A stretch of DNA of 64,000 nucleotides from the human T2T-CHM13v2.0 reference genome, Homo sapiens. The notes beneath the pieces are model-generated. The model saw only the letters and a program-made list of their open reading frames with translations. It searched no databases and was not told where the DNA came from. The position numbers and the translations under genes were made by a program. Every line of letters begins with the position of its first letter. Position 1 is the first letter of the stretch. Shown here piece after piece: positions 17,596 through 33,985 of this stretch. The stretch lies in NCBI GenBank assembly GCA_009914755.4, contig CP068257.2, forward strand, positions 2,400,001 to 2,464,000, in the 5' to 3' direction.

Positions 17596-18047
17596 TAAAA
17601 GGTCATTATGAGGCACATGACTGCATGTGGAAGGATAAGCATGGGTTATATGCAAATATACCATTGTATATAAGAATTGAGCTTCAGTGGTTTTTGGTAT
17701 CTGTGGGTGTATTTTGGAGCTGATTTCCCATGGATACTGAGGAACAACTGTACTTTGAAAATGAAAGGTGCATACATTTTTGTCATTAAAATTAGGTCAA
17801 ATATTTAAATGCAGAATCATTGTATAATCAGTTCCTTCAAGACTGCATCTGTCTGTCTCATCAAGGTCCAGGATGGTTTATCTAGATACATTGCAGTATG
17901 TCATTCCATTAACATGGTGTGTCTTCTTTGTGTCCTTGGGACTGGACTTCTGCTACACGTCATAGTTGTGAGATGGTGTGGTTCACATGGAAGTGCTAAA
18001 CAACTTTGGTTTTTCAGTGAAGTGCAACCTCATAATACTGTTCATCA

Positions 18048-18195
18048 CCAAGCCTGGCTAGTTTTTCTATTTTTTGTAAAGACAGGGTTTCACCATGTTG
18101 CTCAGTCTGGTCTTGAACTCATGAGCCCAAGTGATCCACCTGCCTCAACCTCCCAAAGTGCTGTAATTACAGGCATGAGCCACTGTTCCTGTCCT
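18048..18195 (-). mobile_element. Alu fragment (half element)
   Basis: Reverse-complement Alu right-arm motifs. Confidence 0.8.
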
Positions 18196-18656
18196 AACAA
18201 ACCATTTGAACTACAGGTGAAGCGAAGTCTCTCTCTCTGATATTTGGTCTTCTATTTACAGCTCCTAAAATATCTAAATGTGCCCTCCCTCTCAGGGCAC
18301 ACAGCCCAATCCTATTTTCTCCCATATGATAGGAAAGAAAGAATCACATAACAAATGCCTAGTGATCTTCATTGTGAAGAGCACACGGTCAAAACATTTT
18401 TTAAAATCCTATTTCGAAGTCCAATTATGCAAAGAATTAATAAATAATGACACAAATTGATGAAAGAGTAGCTATCTTACTGAGTCCAGTGTAAGAACAC
18501 AAATGGAATTCATAATGAGCCACAAAGGCATCTGAGTCCAGATCAAAATGTCAAAGTCTTGAGAAAAGGCCCAACTGGGAGCAAATTATGAAATCTGCAT
18601 GAGTCTCTTAAGGACGATTTAGGGAAGGCTTGGCCTTTGGTCGTTATTATGAGACT

Positions 18657-18993
18657 GATATGGTTTGGCTGTGTCCTCATCCAAATCTCGAATTGTTGTT
18701 CCCATAATTCCCACGTATTGTGGGAAGGACCTAGTGAGAAGTAATTGAATCATGAGGACTGTTCTGTTCTTATGATAGTGAATAAGTCTCATGAGATCTG
18801 ATGGTTGTATGGAGGGAAGTTCCCCTGCCCATGCTCTCTCTTGTCTGCTGCTGTGTATGACCTGACCTTTGCCTTCTGCCATGATTGTGAGGTCTCCCCA
18901 GCAACGTGGCACTGTGAGTCCATTAAACTTATTTTTCTTTATAAATCACCCAGGCTTGGGCATGTCCATATTAGCAGCATGAGAACAGACTAA
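18657..18993 (+). mobile_element. MaLR (THE1/MST-type) solo LTR
   Basis: Begins tgatatggtttggctgtgtcctcatccaaatctcgaattgt... and ends ...gcatgagaacagactaatac. Confidence 0.85.
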
Positions 18994-19872
18994 TACGGAG
19001 ACTTATTATGAGTTTGACAGGAAGGTGCAGAAACAGAGTTCTGGAGTCAGATTATGGGTGACAGCCACATAATCTTTTTTATTCAAGAAAATTGAAAGAT
19101 TTTATATATGAGTGGAACTTAGCTTCTGTTCAGTGTTGATGTGGGAAAAAGTGAGGTTAGATTTGTGAGCAGGAGCTGAATCATTAAAAGTCTTCAAGTC
19201 CTTGCTAAAGAGTGAGAACCTAAGTTTTAAGCTGTTGTTAAGTGCTTTTAAGTCCTTGAGGAATACAGTTACCTGTCTAGAGATGTTAGTCTGGAAGTGA
19301 ACAAGATAACGGGAAGTAAGAGGAGTGCAGGCTGATGGAAACATGATGGAAAATGGAAATATTTCAGGTGAGAGAGAGTGAGGGTTTCACTGAGTCATAA
19401 AGTTGTGGAGAGGAAGCAGTGAGTAGAAGAATACTTGAGAAGTAGAATTAATAAAACTTTGTGACAGAACAGGTGATGGGTCTGGGAGAGAACTATATCT
19501 GGAACAGTGGATCTCAGAGTGCTCCATGAAAATAAGACTCTTTCTATCATAATACAGCTATGTTACTTGTCTTTTTCGCTTGTTTTTGTTCTCTGCTTTG
19601 GTGCAAATGCAGTAGTAAGTAAAACCGTAGCACAAAACAAGACAGTGGCTCCAAACAATAGTAGCAGTTCTAGTATTTACAGTCACGTGGTTGCCTCAAT
19701 AAGTAAACATGCCAATTTTATTTTCATGTTACTTAAGAATATCATTGATGAAGCAGTAAAAAATAAAATTTTCATTCAATCTAGATCCCCAAGTATGTCT
19801 TTTCAGTATTCTATTTGATAAAATGGTAAGAACTCATAGAGCACTTATTACTTAAAAATGAACTAAGTGTGA

Positions 19873-20008
19873 CGGGGTGCAGTGGCTCACGCCTGTAATC
19901 CCAGCACTTTTGGAGCTCAAGAGTTTGCGACCATTTGGAGCAACATGGTGAAACCAAATCTCTACAAAAAAAATTAGCCAGGGGTGATGATGTAAGCCTG
20001 TAGTCTAC
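19873..20008 (+). mobile_element. Alu left half, separated from its right half (20946-21075) by the solo-LTR insertion
   Basis: The Alu sequence breaks at ...gcctgtagtctac| and resumes after the LTR as gtctactactggagaggctgagg.. with a poly-A tail. Confidence 0.85.
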
Positions 20009-20945
20009 TGTAGGGATGAGCCCTACAGGGTCTGTGGGTTTTCTTCACCGTGTGCAGAGATGAGAGATCGTAGAAATAAAGACACAAGACAAAGAGATAG
20101 AAGAAAAGACAGTTGGGCCCGGGAGACCACTACCACCAAGATGTGGAGACTGGTAGTGGCCCCGAATGCCTGGCCGCACTGTTGTTTATTGGATACAAGG
20201 CAAGGGGGCAGGGTAAGGAGTGTGAGCCATCTCCAATGATAGGTAAGGTTACGTGAGTCTCGTGTCCACCAGTCGGGGGACCTTCCTTGTTTGGCAGCCG
20301 AGGCGGAGAGAGAGAGAGGACAGCTTACATCATTATTTCTACTATGCATTTCAAAGACTTTTAGTACTTTCACTAATTCCGCTACTGCTATCTAGAAGGC
20401 CGAGCCAGGTGCAGAGGGCGGAATATGAAAGCAGACCAGGAGCCTGACCGCTGAAGCACAGCATCACAGGGAGACAGGCCCCCGGGTAGCTGCGGGCGAG
20501 CTTGACTGATGTCGCCTTCCACAAGAGGTGGTGGAGCAGTCTTCTCTAACTACCCCGGGGAAAGGGAGACTCGCTTTCCCGGTCTGCTAAGTAACCGGTG
20601 ACTTCCCAGGCGCTGGAGTTACCGCTAGACCAGGGAGCCCTCTGGTGGCCGTGTCTGGTCGCGACAGAGGGCTCGTACTCTTGTCTTCTGGTCACTTCTC
20701 ACAATGTCCCTTCAGCTCCTATCTCTGTATGGCCTGGTTTTTCCTAGGTTATAGTAGTAGAACAGAGATTATTATAATATTGGAATAAAGAGTAATACTG
20801 CAAACTAATGATTATTAATATTCACATATCATCATCTATATTCTATTTCTAGTACAAGTATTCTTCTATATATTTTCTTTATTACACTGGAACAGCTCAT
20901 GCCTTCAGTCTCTTGCCTTGGCACCTGGGTGGCTTGCTGCCCACA
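20009..20945. mobile_element. Solo LTR (TG...CA, ~937 bp) inserted into an Alu with a 6-bp target-site duplication gtctac. A 6-bp TSD suggests an ERVK/class II family. Relatively CpG-rich at 20400-20700. Sense strand uncertain.
   Basis: Starts tgtagggatgag, ends ctgctgcccaca. Flanked by gtctac at 20003-20008 and 20946-20951. AATAAA-like signals occur on both strands, so sense cannot be assigned. Same family as 29873-30880, which lies in the opposite orientation. Confidence 0.75.
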
Positions 20946-21075
20946 GTCTACTACTGGAGAGGCTGAGGAGGGAGGATCATTTGGCCCTGGGAGGCAGAGG
21001 TTGCAGTGAGCTATGATTGCACCACTGCTCTCCAGCCTGGGTAACAGAGCAAGACCTTCTCTGAAAAAAAAAAAA
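20946..21075 (+). mobile_element. Alu right half (continuation of 19873-20008)
   Basis: See previous entries. Ends in poly-A. Confidence 0.85.
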
Positions 21076-21444
21076 AAAGTGATATTGTCTTAAAAAAAAA
21101 ACTGAGCTGTTACTGAAAATGTAAAAAGTTTTCAAGTGAAAATTAAAATTTGGAAAACGTATCTGCATTCTGGAACATGATAATTTTTCAAAACTTATGG
21201 ATTTTTCTAAGGAGATCAAGGGTAATATTACTGAATTTCAAAATATTTTATAATAAAGTGTATCAATATTTGGAACATCTGCATTATTTGATGAACCAAT
21301 ATTTTCCCAATGGCCATGCCAATATGATAAAAATCATGATTTGTAAAAGACCCATTAACATTGAAAATAGACCTATAGGTTTTAATGTGATATAGAAGAA
21401 AAAGCATATGATGTGGTGTCATGCCTCCCATTGCAATAACCTGA

Positions 21445-21789
<345 letters not shown>

Positions 21790-22057
21790 CCAAAAATTAT
21801 TTTAAATTATTCTTCCTTTCTACAACTTCATGTCTGTGTGGGGCACTATTTTCTTCACACACTTAGCCAAAACAACATATTGGAACAGATTGAATTGAGA
21901 AGCAGATATGAGTATCAATCTGTCTTCAGTTAAGCCAGACATTTTGCAAAAATGTAAAAACATTGCAACTCTTCAAACTATTTGAGGACTTGTTTTATTT
22001 TAAAATACTATTTTGTTAGCATGAACTGAATTTATTATTTTTAAGCATATTACGAAT

Positions 22058-22357
22058 TTTTTTTTGAAGTGGAATCTTGCTCTGTCTCCAGGCTGGAGTG
22101 CAGTGGCGCGATCTTGCCTCACACAACCTCCACCTCATGGTTTCAAGCGATTCTCCGGCCTCAGCCTCCCGAGTAGCTGGGACTACAGGGGCCCACCACC
22201 ATGCCCACCTGTTTTTTTTTTTTTTTTTTTTGCATTTTTAGTGCAGATGGGGTTTCACCCTGTTGGCCAGGATGGTCTTGATCTCTTGACCTTGTGATCC
22301 ACCTGCCTCGGCCTCCCCAAGTGCTGAGATTACAGATGTGAGCCACTGCACCCGGCC
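22058..22357 (-). mobile_element. Alu SINE
   Basis: Reverse-complement Alu consensus, including a T25 linker run at 22208-22232. Confidence 0.9.
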
Positions 22358-22716
22358 AATATTTACTAATTTAGAAGTCCTAATTTATGATAATCATTAA
22401 TAGAAATAATACATAGGAATAAAGTTGGGTGAGAGAGAAAGGTTTGGAAGTTGTCAATTTTTTTTCTTTTAACTTATTTAAAATTCAAGTGTCATGTCTA
22501 CAAAGTGGCTGCAAAACTCATAGAGACCTTATTCCTCCACACTCCTTTAGTTTCATTTTTTCCTTCTATCATAGGGTTTATCACTATTATTTTTAATCTT
22601 GTCATCCCAACTAAATTATGAGGTCCTGCAGGAAAGAAAGTTATGTGCTTTATTTTTGACTTATTTGTACTTAGCACCATGAATTGCTTAGGGATTTTTC
22701 TTTAAAATAAAAATTA

Positions 22717-23040
<324 letters not shown>

Positions 23041-23469
23041 TTAGCAATGTTGTCATTTAGACATATTTAGGCATTAATTCTATCACTTACCAGACCTTAA
23101 TATTTTAAATTGTTGATCATGGAATTTGTTGATTTGAACCTGAAAAACCTTAATTATTTTCAAGTAGTTTTTCCTTCAATTAAATTATATTAACTTTATA
23201 TTTATTTGAAATAATTTATTTTCATGTTTTTATTAAACTTTCATCAATGTTTTGTGCTTTTATAACCATGTGAAATATTTATTTGTTTTTGAAATATTGA
23301 TTTTAAAAACAATGCAATTAGTTGATATTTATTATTGAAAAGTACTAGAATTTCACAATCTTAATAAATATTGATAATTGTTGTCATTTAGAAAAATAAT
23401 ACTGGTGTAGGAATGAAGAGAGAAGAAGGAGTAAGAAAGGCGATTGCTCTTTATTTTGAGTATTTTCTT

Positions 23470-23595
23470 TTCTTTTTTTTCTTTTTAGTAAAAATGGGGT
23501 CTTGCTATGTTGACTACGCTGGCCTCGAACTCCTGGCCTCAAGCCTTTGCTTCTCAAAGCACTGGTTTTACAGATATGAGCCACTGTGCCCAACC
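23470..23595 (-). mobile_element. Alu fragment
   Basis: Reverse-complement Alu right-arm motifs. Confidence 0.75.
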
Positions 23596-23639
23596 TGATA
23601 ATTATTTTTATGTCATGTTGACAGGATTTAGACTAATAA

Positions 23640-24676
<1,037 letters not shown>

Positions 24677-24974
24677 TAGGGCACACACTGAGGCGGATGG
24701 CATCTCACTGTTAATCAAGAATAAAAAGCCTTAAATTATGCCAGAAACCACTATAGCAATGTCTGTGTCAAGAGGCTGTCTGAATATCTAAATGTACATT
24801 TCACAGTACAGCAAACACTTTTTTTGAACTACATTATCTGTCAGATTGCCTAAGGCACTGAAATAGAAAACTCCTAGTGCTTGCTGTATTTTGCTAGCTT
24901 ATACATTAGTTTCTTTTGTTGATTTTTGCTATGACAGGACCAAAAAGATAGAAACCACAGTATCTGTTTTAATA

Positions 24975-25256
24975 TTTTTTTTTGAGACAGGGTGACACTC
25001 TATCACCCAGGCTGGTGCAATCACAACTCACTGCAGCCTCAACTTCCTGTGCTGAAGTGATCCTCCCACCTTAACCTCCTAAGTACCTGAGACCACAGGC
25101 ATGTGACACCACACCTGGTGTATTTTAGTATTTTCTTGTACACAGAGGGTTTTTCCATGTTTCCCAGGGTGATCTCAAACTCCTGGGCTCAAAGGATCCT
25201 CCTGCCTCAGCTTCCCAATGTGCAGTGATTACAGGAATGAACCACCATGCCTGGCC
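24975..25256 (-). mobile_element. Alu SINE (older, diverged)
   Basis: Reverse-complement Alu consensus with many substitutions. Confidence 0.85.
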
Positions 25257-25377
25257 TTAATATTCTTTTCTATTTGTAAATGGAAAGCTTCAGAAAAGAC
25301 CCTCAAACAGGACTATAAATGTTTTCACAATACTGTTTTGTACAGCCAGATATTAACAGTATATTTAATGTAACTCA

Positions 25378-25720
25378 GGGGTCCCCACCCCTGGGCCATG
25401 GACAGGTATGTGTCCGTGGCCTCTGAGGAACCGGGCTGCACATCAGGAGGTGAGTGGTGGCTGAGCAAGCATTATGACCTGAGCTCCGTCTCCTATCAGA
25501 TCAGCTGCAGCATTCGATTCTCATAGGAGTATGAGCCCCAATGTGGACTCCACATGTGAGAGATCTAGGTTGCATGCACTTATGAGAATCTAATGCCTGA
25601 TGATTGGAAGTGGAAGAATTTCATCCTGAAACTATCCTCCCTGCCATCTGTGGAAAAATTGTCTTCCATGAAACCCATTTCTGGTGCCAAAAAAGGCTAG
25701 GGACCACTGATGTAACATAT
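25378..25720. mobile_element. Non-autonomous DNA transposon (MITE-like, with terminal inverted repeats ggggtccccacccctgg...ccagggaccactg), copy 1
   Basis: The terminal inverted repeats read directly. An 80%-similar second copy lies at 60071-60393. My recollection is a hAT/MER1-type family, but that is uncertain. Confidence 0.65.
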
Positions 25721-28239
25721 ACCAGTATATCACATTTATTCTTACCTGTTGACATATATCCTGAAATTAGCTGTGGACAAGCTGTGGGAGTTATGTGTGA
25801 AAATAGCTTAGCAATTTAGACTCCCAGGACAATTCCACACTTCACTAAGCAAATGATGGCTATTCTTAACTGACAACATCATCACCAGCTGTCTCTTACT
25901 AACCCTAACAGTATAATAGAATACACGGTAGGAGCCCAGCCGAATGTCTTCCTCCAGCCCCACATCCAATGGCTGGCATGTGCACCCTCTTACCTAAGGT
26001 TGTGTATCCCCTTCTCTGCAGCTACAGCCCACTTGGCCTGGGTTCCATTCCCCACCGCAGAAAAGCCTTCTACTACTGACTGGACTGGAGAATACATGCC
26101 TCAGTTCCGTTGTCCCCTGGCTGTGTAACTCTGAGGTCCATGTTCGACGTGGCTCCCCAGAGTTCTGTCATGGGAGTAAGCACCAGTCATCTGCAGTGTA
26201 ACTCACTTGGCAACACATCCTTATTTTGTCTTCTTCCTGTTCCCTGTCCCATTCTGTCCCTCCTTGACCAATGCTTCCAGTCTTCTTGGGATCATGTCCC
26301 AAATAAACCATGTGCACTGAAATCTTTGTCTTAAATTCTGCTCCTGGGGGAACCCACACTAAGACATGGTGAATCTTCCATATTAAGGAGGAACTGGTGC
26401 CTGTTGAAAATGAATTGTTGTGTTTGTTGGAGAAAAATTCATCTGTTACGCTGGAAGCAAACAAATCCCACAAGAATACTGTATTGCCAATATTGTCCGT
26501 GTCTCCAGCTGAGCAGTTAAGGAGAGCTGCACTGATGCTGGAAGTTGCCAACACCTGTGAATGGCTCTGGAGGCTTCTTGTGGACCTCCATCTTGGAGGA
26601 GGTGGCAAATGCTTAGTAGTCTCCCAGGAGTCAACATGCCGGCACTCACACTGATCTCCATATCATTGTGGAGAGTCAATGTCAAGACCTTCTGCCCTTC
26701 AAAGCTATCACATTGTATGTGCCTTAGACGCCACTTGCCAGAAGCAAGCCAGGTTTACCTTTGGACACCAACAGCATTCTTTCCATTCATTCATCCTCCT
26801 GACTTATCAGACCCTGCTATGAATGACTTGATTGTTCTTCAACTTCCAATTTACCCTCAAAATTTGAAGATTTTCTACCCGCTCAAAATAATTGATTTTG
26901 CCTTTTTGGAAAGCAGCCCACAAAGAGATTTTTTGAATAAATAAAAATTGATCCATGTTTACGAAGCGTGTATTTGGATATGTCCGTTGGACATATCTAT
27001 CATTTGTTGACATACCTATCACACTGTCTGGAATGACACCTCAGTTTTTTCCCTTTTCTTTCAAAGTTGGCCTTTGGGAATCACATTTACTTTTATATAG
27101 AAACATGATTTTTTCCTCTCAAGAGCTTGTCTTTTGTATTTAGCAAAAAAAAAAAGCCTTCTCCGTTCTGTAGAGAAAATCCCCAAATTGTGCAACACCT
27201 CTGGAGAAAGCACTGAGCCCAAGAAATCAGCATTCCAAGAAAAAGACTCTGCACACAGCATCTGCATTTTTGTGCTGAACTGTTAAATGCAGATGTAGTG
27301 AAATTCATAGCTTTTTCAAAATGTACAATATAGTGAGTGGGTGTTGCCAATACATTATAATTACCCTGGACTTGTGTGAGGTGGATCCTTTGGATGAGAA
27401 TTGGCTTTCTCAGATGAAGGGAATCTTGTCTGTGAATGAAGAAGACAAGGAGGAACAGAGTATTCTTGGGAGAGGCTGCCCTGGTTTTCATGATATCAGT
27501 GATCCTTTAACCCAAAAGCCCACAGATGTTCTCCCTAATTAACCACAGAAAGTATAATTATTTACCACCCCCCAAGAATCTGAGTTCTTCTTCAGAAACC
27601 AAGATTGAGAGGAATTACTCCCAGAACCAGTGTGCAGTATACACCTTTGAACCCTTTGAGCTCTTTGCTTTCTTTTGCAGCTTGTTTTTTCCTGCCTGTT
27701 TTTCCTGTCTTCTTTCAGGCTAAGCCTCCCTCCTTTTGGTAGAGGTTTTTTTATACCATTTGGAAACTGGTTTGGATAAGCTACCTTAATGAAGGACCAC
27801 AAGTCTCTCCAGAGATGATAAAAGACTTTTTGTCTTTTCTGGTAAGTCCTTTCTGGAATAAAGATCAGTGTCTTTCTGGATTACTCTTGGTTTCTACAGA
27901 TTTTACATTCTGTCTGTGAGGCATATATTCTAGTGAATTTACTTTCAAATTGGTCTGAATGCCTAGTTTAATATTTTGATCTACATGTCTAGGTTAAAAT
28001 TTTTGTGAACAATCTTATCTTGGTTTCTTTTGATTTTGTTTGACTCTTTATCCTTGTTTCTGAAATTCTCCCAAATGCAAAAGTAAACATTCTAAATGGT
28101 GGGTCAGGATGGCTAACTAAAAGCTGCCAGGGCAGTTGTCACCCTTTAAAACACTGGCCTAAACCCCGGAAATTCCATGACAGGATTTATAGGATTTTCT
28201 CTACTCTTGAAAGATTAATGAAAAACAGAATGGTTGTTA

Positions 28240-28543
<304 letters not shown>

Positions 28544-29872
28544 GAATCGCATTCTCAAACATTAAGGCATGCTAGGTTTTCTGGGACTCCAGCTGGTTAT
28601 ATATTATGGCTCATATTTTTACCTTGCTGGGAAAATTACATCAAGGAAAATTCAGATCTCCAATAGTCATTATTTGAAAAACCTGCAATTATAGAGTTAA
28701 CATGTCGAGTTTTCTAAGTTCTCTGTATACCTCTCTCGGTTCTTCTTCTGCCCATTCACTGTTTATGGAATTCTGGCCTGTGCCCCAAATCTTAAAGAGT
28801 ATTCAACTTAATGGTTTTATAAATTACAACAGCTTCATGATATCAACAAGTGAAATAATCTTTGAAATATAAATTTAATTCCAAAATACCGTGGGTTAAG
28901 AAAAAATAAGAAATATAAATTTAGGTTTACCTGACTTACAATTGTGTGCAACGACAGAATACTTAATTAGAAGTTAATGTAAGAGAAAAATAACTAGATA
29001 AATATTTATGAAATTAGGCTCTCAGATCAAGCAGGTCAAAATCTTGACCGTACAGCAATAACCCAAGGTATGTCTAGCACAAAAATTTTGCTGTTTCTGC
29101 ACACAAAAGCAAAAAATAAAAACTATAAATAATTTAAAACCGCTAAAAATCTTTCTTGTCCACACTTGCTAGTCAAGCAAATCACAATGGCAAAGAGAAA
29201 ATAGATTTGCTTCTAATTCAAGGTTACATGGATATTTTATTTTTCTTATACAATTTATCCAGTCCCAGCTTAAATGTAAATATTGAAAATATAACCCTAA
29301 ACTCATTTGAAACTTAAGAAAAGGTGAAAAAAGTTTTTTAAAAAATCAAACTGCCATGGAAACTGCTTTACCCAAACTGTGGTTCACAACACTTATTAGA
29401 TTATCTTTTGCGGCAAATAAATTTTAGCCATGTTTTACATTTTGCCAAAAAAATATAATTTGGGTCCAACTGTCTTTTATAAACTGGTGGATTAGTATTA
29501 CTATCTCATGACTAAAAGCCTAAAATAAAAAAAACATAAGATCTGTTATTTGTGTGTGTATATGTGGTCAGATGTGTTTATGTATATACACATGTATTTT
29601 GTTATATGTTTTGCCTACATGGTAAAATCTGGTGTAGTGAGCCAGAAATCCCTTAAGAAAGTCTATTTAGATAAATGACCTTATGAAATATACAAAAATT
29701 AACCTAAATGCTTTTTAATTCATGTGACTTAATTAAATCTGTGATAAACAAACTATTCTAAAATTAGTGGTAAAATAAAAATAGAAATATCTTCAAAATG
29801 GTCAGTGTACATTTTACCAGGGTTTACTGGTCAGATGGTTTTATATTTTTTTCTTCTGGAAATCTGTTATTA

Positions 29873-30880
29873 TGTGGGCAGCAAGCCACCCAGGTGCGAG
29901 GCAAGAGACCGAGGGCAAGAGCTGTTCCAGTGCAATAAAGAAAATATATAAAATAAGAATAGTTATACTAGATATAAATCATAGATATGATTATATATGA
30001 ATATCATTAATCATTAGTTTGTAGCAATTACTCTTTATTCCAATATTATAATAATCCTTGCTCTACAATAAAAACCTAGGAAAATCCAGACAATACGGAG
30101 ATGGGAGCTGAGGGGACATAGTGAGAAGTGACCAGAAGACAACAGTGTGAGCCTTCTGTTATGCCCGGACAGGGCCACCAGAGGGCTCCTTGGTCTAGCG
30201 GTAACACCAGCATCTGGGAAGATGCCCATGACCTAAAGGGACCATGGTCTAGCAGTAGCATCAGTGCCAAGGAAAAGCACCCCTACTTAGCCGACTGGGA
30301 AATGGAGTCTCCCTTTCCCCGGGGGAGTTTAGAGAAGACTCTGTTCCTCCACCTCCTGTGGAAGGCATGACGTCAGTCATTCCCACCTGCAGTTATCTGG
30401 AGGCCTGACCATCTCCCTGTGACACTGTGTTTCAGTGGTCACACTCCTAGTCCACTTTCATGTTCCCTCCCATACACCTGGCTTGCCTTTTAGATAGCAG
30501 TAGCAAAATTAGTGAAAGTACTAAAAGTCTCTGATATGCAGAAATAATGGCATAAGCTGTCTCCTCTCTGTCTCTCTCTCCCCACCTCAGCTGCCAAACA
30601 GGGAAGGGCCCCCGTCCAGTGGACACATGGCCCACATGACCTTACCTATCATTGGAGATGGCTCGCAATCCTTACCCTGCCCCCTTGTCTTGTATCCAAT
30701 AAATAACAGCACAGCCTGGCATTCGGGGTCACTACTGGTCTCTGTGTCTAGGTGGTAGTTGTTCCCTGGGCCCAGCTGTCTTTTCTTCTATCTCTTTGTC
30801 TTGTGTCTTTATTTCTATGATCTCTCATCTCCACACATGGGGAGAAAAACCCCACAGACCCTGTGGGGCTGGTCCCTACA
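29873..30880. mobile_element. Solo LTR (~1008 bp) of the same family as 20009-20945 but in the opposite orientation. 6-bp target-site duplication ttatta. Its CpGs are largely decayed.
   Basis: Starts tgtgggcagcaagcc and ends ggtccctaca, the reverse complement of the ends of copy 1. Flanked by ttatta at 29867-29872 and 30881-30886. Confidence 0.75.
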
Positions 30881-31090
30881 TTATTAGTCATAATTTTGGT
30901 TGCTATGTTAACTTTTTCCTAGAGTTATATTTATGTGGATATGTTATATGGATTTTTATACCCATATAACTTTCTATGTTGCTATAAAATTGCACTCACT
31001 CATAAAATACTGATAATACTGATATGTGAGAGATTTCTTGCTCCCTAGGTTTTCACTGTAATTTAAGGTTACTACGAGTTTAAAATTCTA

Positions 31091-31604
<514 letters not shown>

Positions 31605-32740
31605 TAAAAGTGTGCCTTAAAAAGTAGGATGAGTTTTTAATAAGAAAAAATGTATAAGAAATGCATAAAAACATGTTCTTTATTGAGAAAGAAATAATAA
31701 TTTTATATAATTTGAAGGTTATTTAAAGGTTGTTTCAAAATATTGATTCAGGAAAGACAGTGAAATGTTAAAGAAGAACCAGTAAGTAGAAGAGAGAGAT
31801 GTGAAGAAAGTTATTGATAGGGAGATGGAGATAGGAGAAGGTTGAAAAGAAAAGAAATATTTCACATGACAAAGAATCTTGTGTGGTAAATTTTCATCCT
31901 AAACTAAAATGGCTAGTTATTTAAGAGGGAAAGTACAGGATAAAGTGGAAAGCCCAAGCATGTCAACAATGGTCTGAGTAACTCATTTGTGAAAAGAGAA
32001 TTTATGCAAGATGTTTTGCATGTGACCAAGTTTGTTATGATCAGAAGAAAATTAAATTATAAGTCTTTCTAAGGACTGAGCTTTGGCATTAAAAATACAC
32101 TAATACAAAACTGAAAAAATATGGTCCCCTATGTTAGAACAACAAGGTTTTCTTAAAGTATTGATTTAGTTTTCATAAAACTGCAAGAGGTTTTGAGTTT
32201 TAATTCTGAAATCTGTTCCCTTAACAGCCGTCTTCTAAACTACAGACAATTTCCATTTCTGTCAAATATTTTTCTGAGATCTATTTAATTTGCCTAGTTT
32301 GAGGGTGGAGATTCAGCTCCCCCTTTTTCTTGCCTAAAAAGGCACAACATCTTGGCTGAGGTGATAACTTTTCTTTTTTTGTCAACTCTTGTACCTTTTT
32401 TTTCTGTGGTTCCAACTCTGCTGTTATGTCCTGATGCTGAAATTTATATCCTGAAAAATCTAGAAAAACAGTGTTTTACTCCAATATAACTTGAAGTTAA
32501 TAAAAGTCTGATGGTCCTGATGTGATGTAGTCAGTCATGATTCTGGTTGCATGTAATAAAAATAACCAAGTTTCCTTGTCAATTGGGACATTTGATCAGA
32601 TTTTAAATCATGGCTATTCCAAGTTTTTGTCATTCACAGTTGTTTTGAAAATTTCTCTAAAAGCATTTGCAATCTGCTGTAGTCCAAAACAGCTTTTCAT
32701 AGAAAATAACAAATACTCTTGAACACAGAATTCTGATAAA

Positions 32741-32983
32741 TTTTTTGAGACAAGGTCTCACTCTGTTGCCCAAGCTGGTATACAGTGGCACAGTCTTGAC
32801 TCATGGCATCCTCTACCTCCCAATCCTCTAATCTCAGCCTCCTGGATAATTTTTGTATTTTTTTGTAGAGATGGGATTTCTCCATATTGCCCAGGCTGGT
32901 CTCAAACTCCCAAGTTGAAGTGATCTACCTGCCTCAGCCTCCCAAAGTGCTGGGATTACAGATGTGAGCCACTGTACCTGGCC
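32741..32983 (-). mobile_element. Alu SINE (partial)
   Basis: Reverse-complement Alu motifs. Confidence 0.85.
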
Positions 32984-33917
32984 AAATTTTTGGTAATTTA
33001 AGATCAGTAGACTAAAAAAAAATCTCCAGAGCTTAAATGAATAAACTGATGGGTTTATAAAACTGTTAATCAAGATTAAACAAAACAACTACATGAAATT
33101 AAGTGGTTCACGAAGATGATGTTTTTATGACTTTTATTTGAAACATTATTGGCTGTGAAATATTTTGTTTTCCAGATTTAAGAAAACTTTATCTCGTAAG
33201 CTACCTACAGTTTACAAAAATTCACTAAAGTATAATTTTTTGAACAAAGATGGAAGCATTCATTTTGTCTCCCTACTTGATTCCTCCAAAATTTGGAAAA
33301 CATTTGTGAGTATTCTTTTATTTTTACTCAATAAATATCTGTTTCTCTTCATAAACAGAATGTCATTGAAAACATTGGTTATATTATTAAGGCTTTGACT
33401 GAAATCTCATATTTAAGAAGGTGCATAAAGTGCCTGGCTTCCAGTGCTTCCGCCTGACAGTGAATGAGTAAAAATTGTCACATCCTGGCAGGCCAAAGAA
33501 CTTTAAGATTGTAAGTAAAATCTAAAACCTCCCTTGCTTTGACTTAAGAGGTTTTTAAACCTGAACTTTTTGTAGATTAATGTAGAGAGAAAGTTCTGTT
33601 TCTAAAGAAAAACTATAATGCATCTGTGAGTAGATTGTAAACCTGTGCATGCTTTTCAAGTTCTTGTTATCTACATGTAGATTATACTAGATCTTGAATT
33701 TTCCTAATGTATTTCTCCAAATTTGGCAACAACTCTCCAACTAAAAGCAAAAGTTGCTCTGTTACTAAAGCCCTATGAGCTGAAACTAGATAAATTTTAA
33801 AGAATAAACATGTGCCTGGTGTATGGATCACAGAAAGAGTTCACCAAACCACCTGATGTCATGACCAAAGACATTCAAACTACAAAGCAGGAGAAGTTAA
33901 TGTTTTCATGCCGATTG

Positions 33918-33985
33918 TCCCAGATCATTAGAACAGATTTTCCCAGGTCATTAGAACAGATTTTCCCAGGTCATTAGAACAGGAC
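33918..33985. repeat. 24-bp tandem repeat, 3 copies (tcccaggtcattagaacagatttt)
   Basis: Direct reading. Confidence 0.8.
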
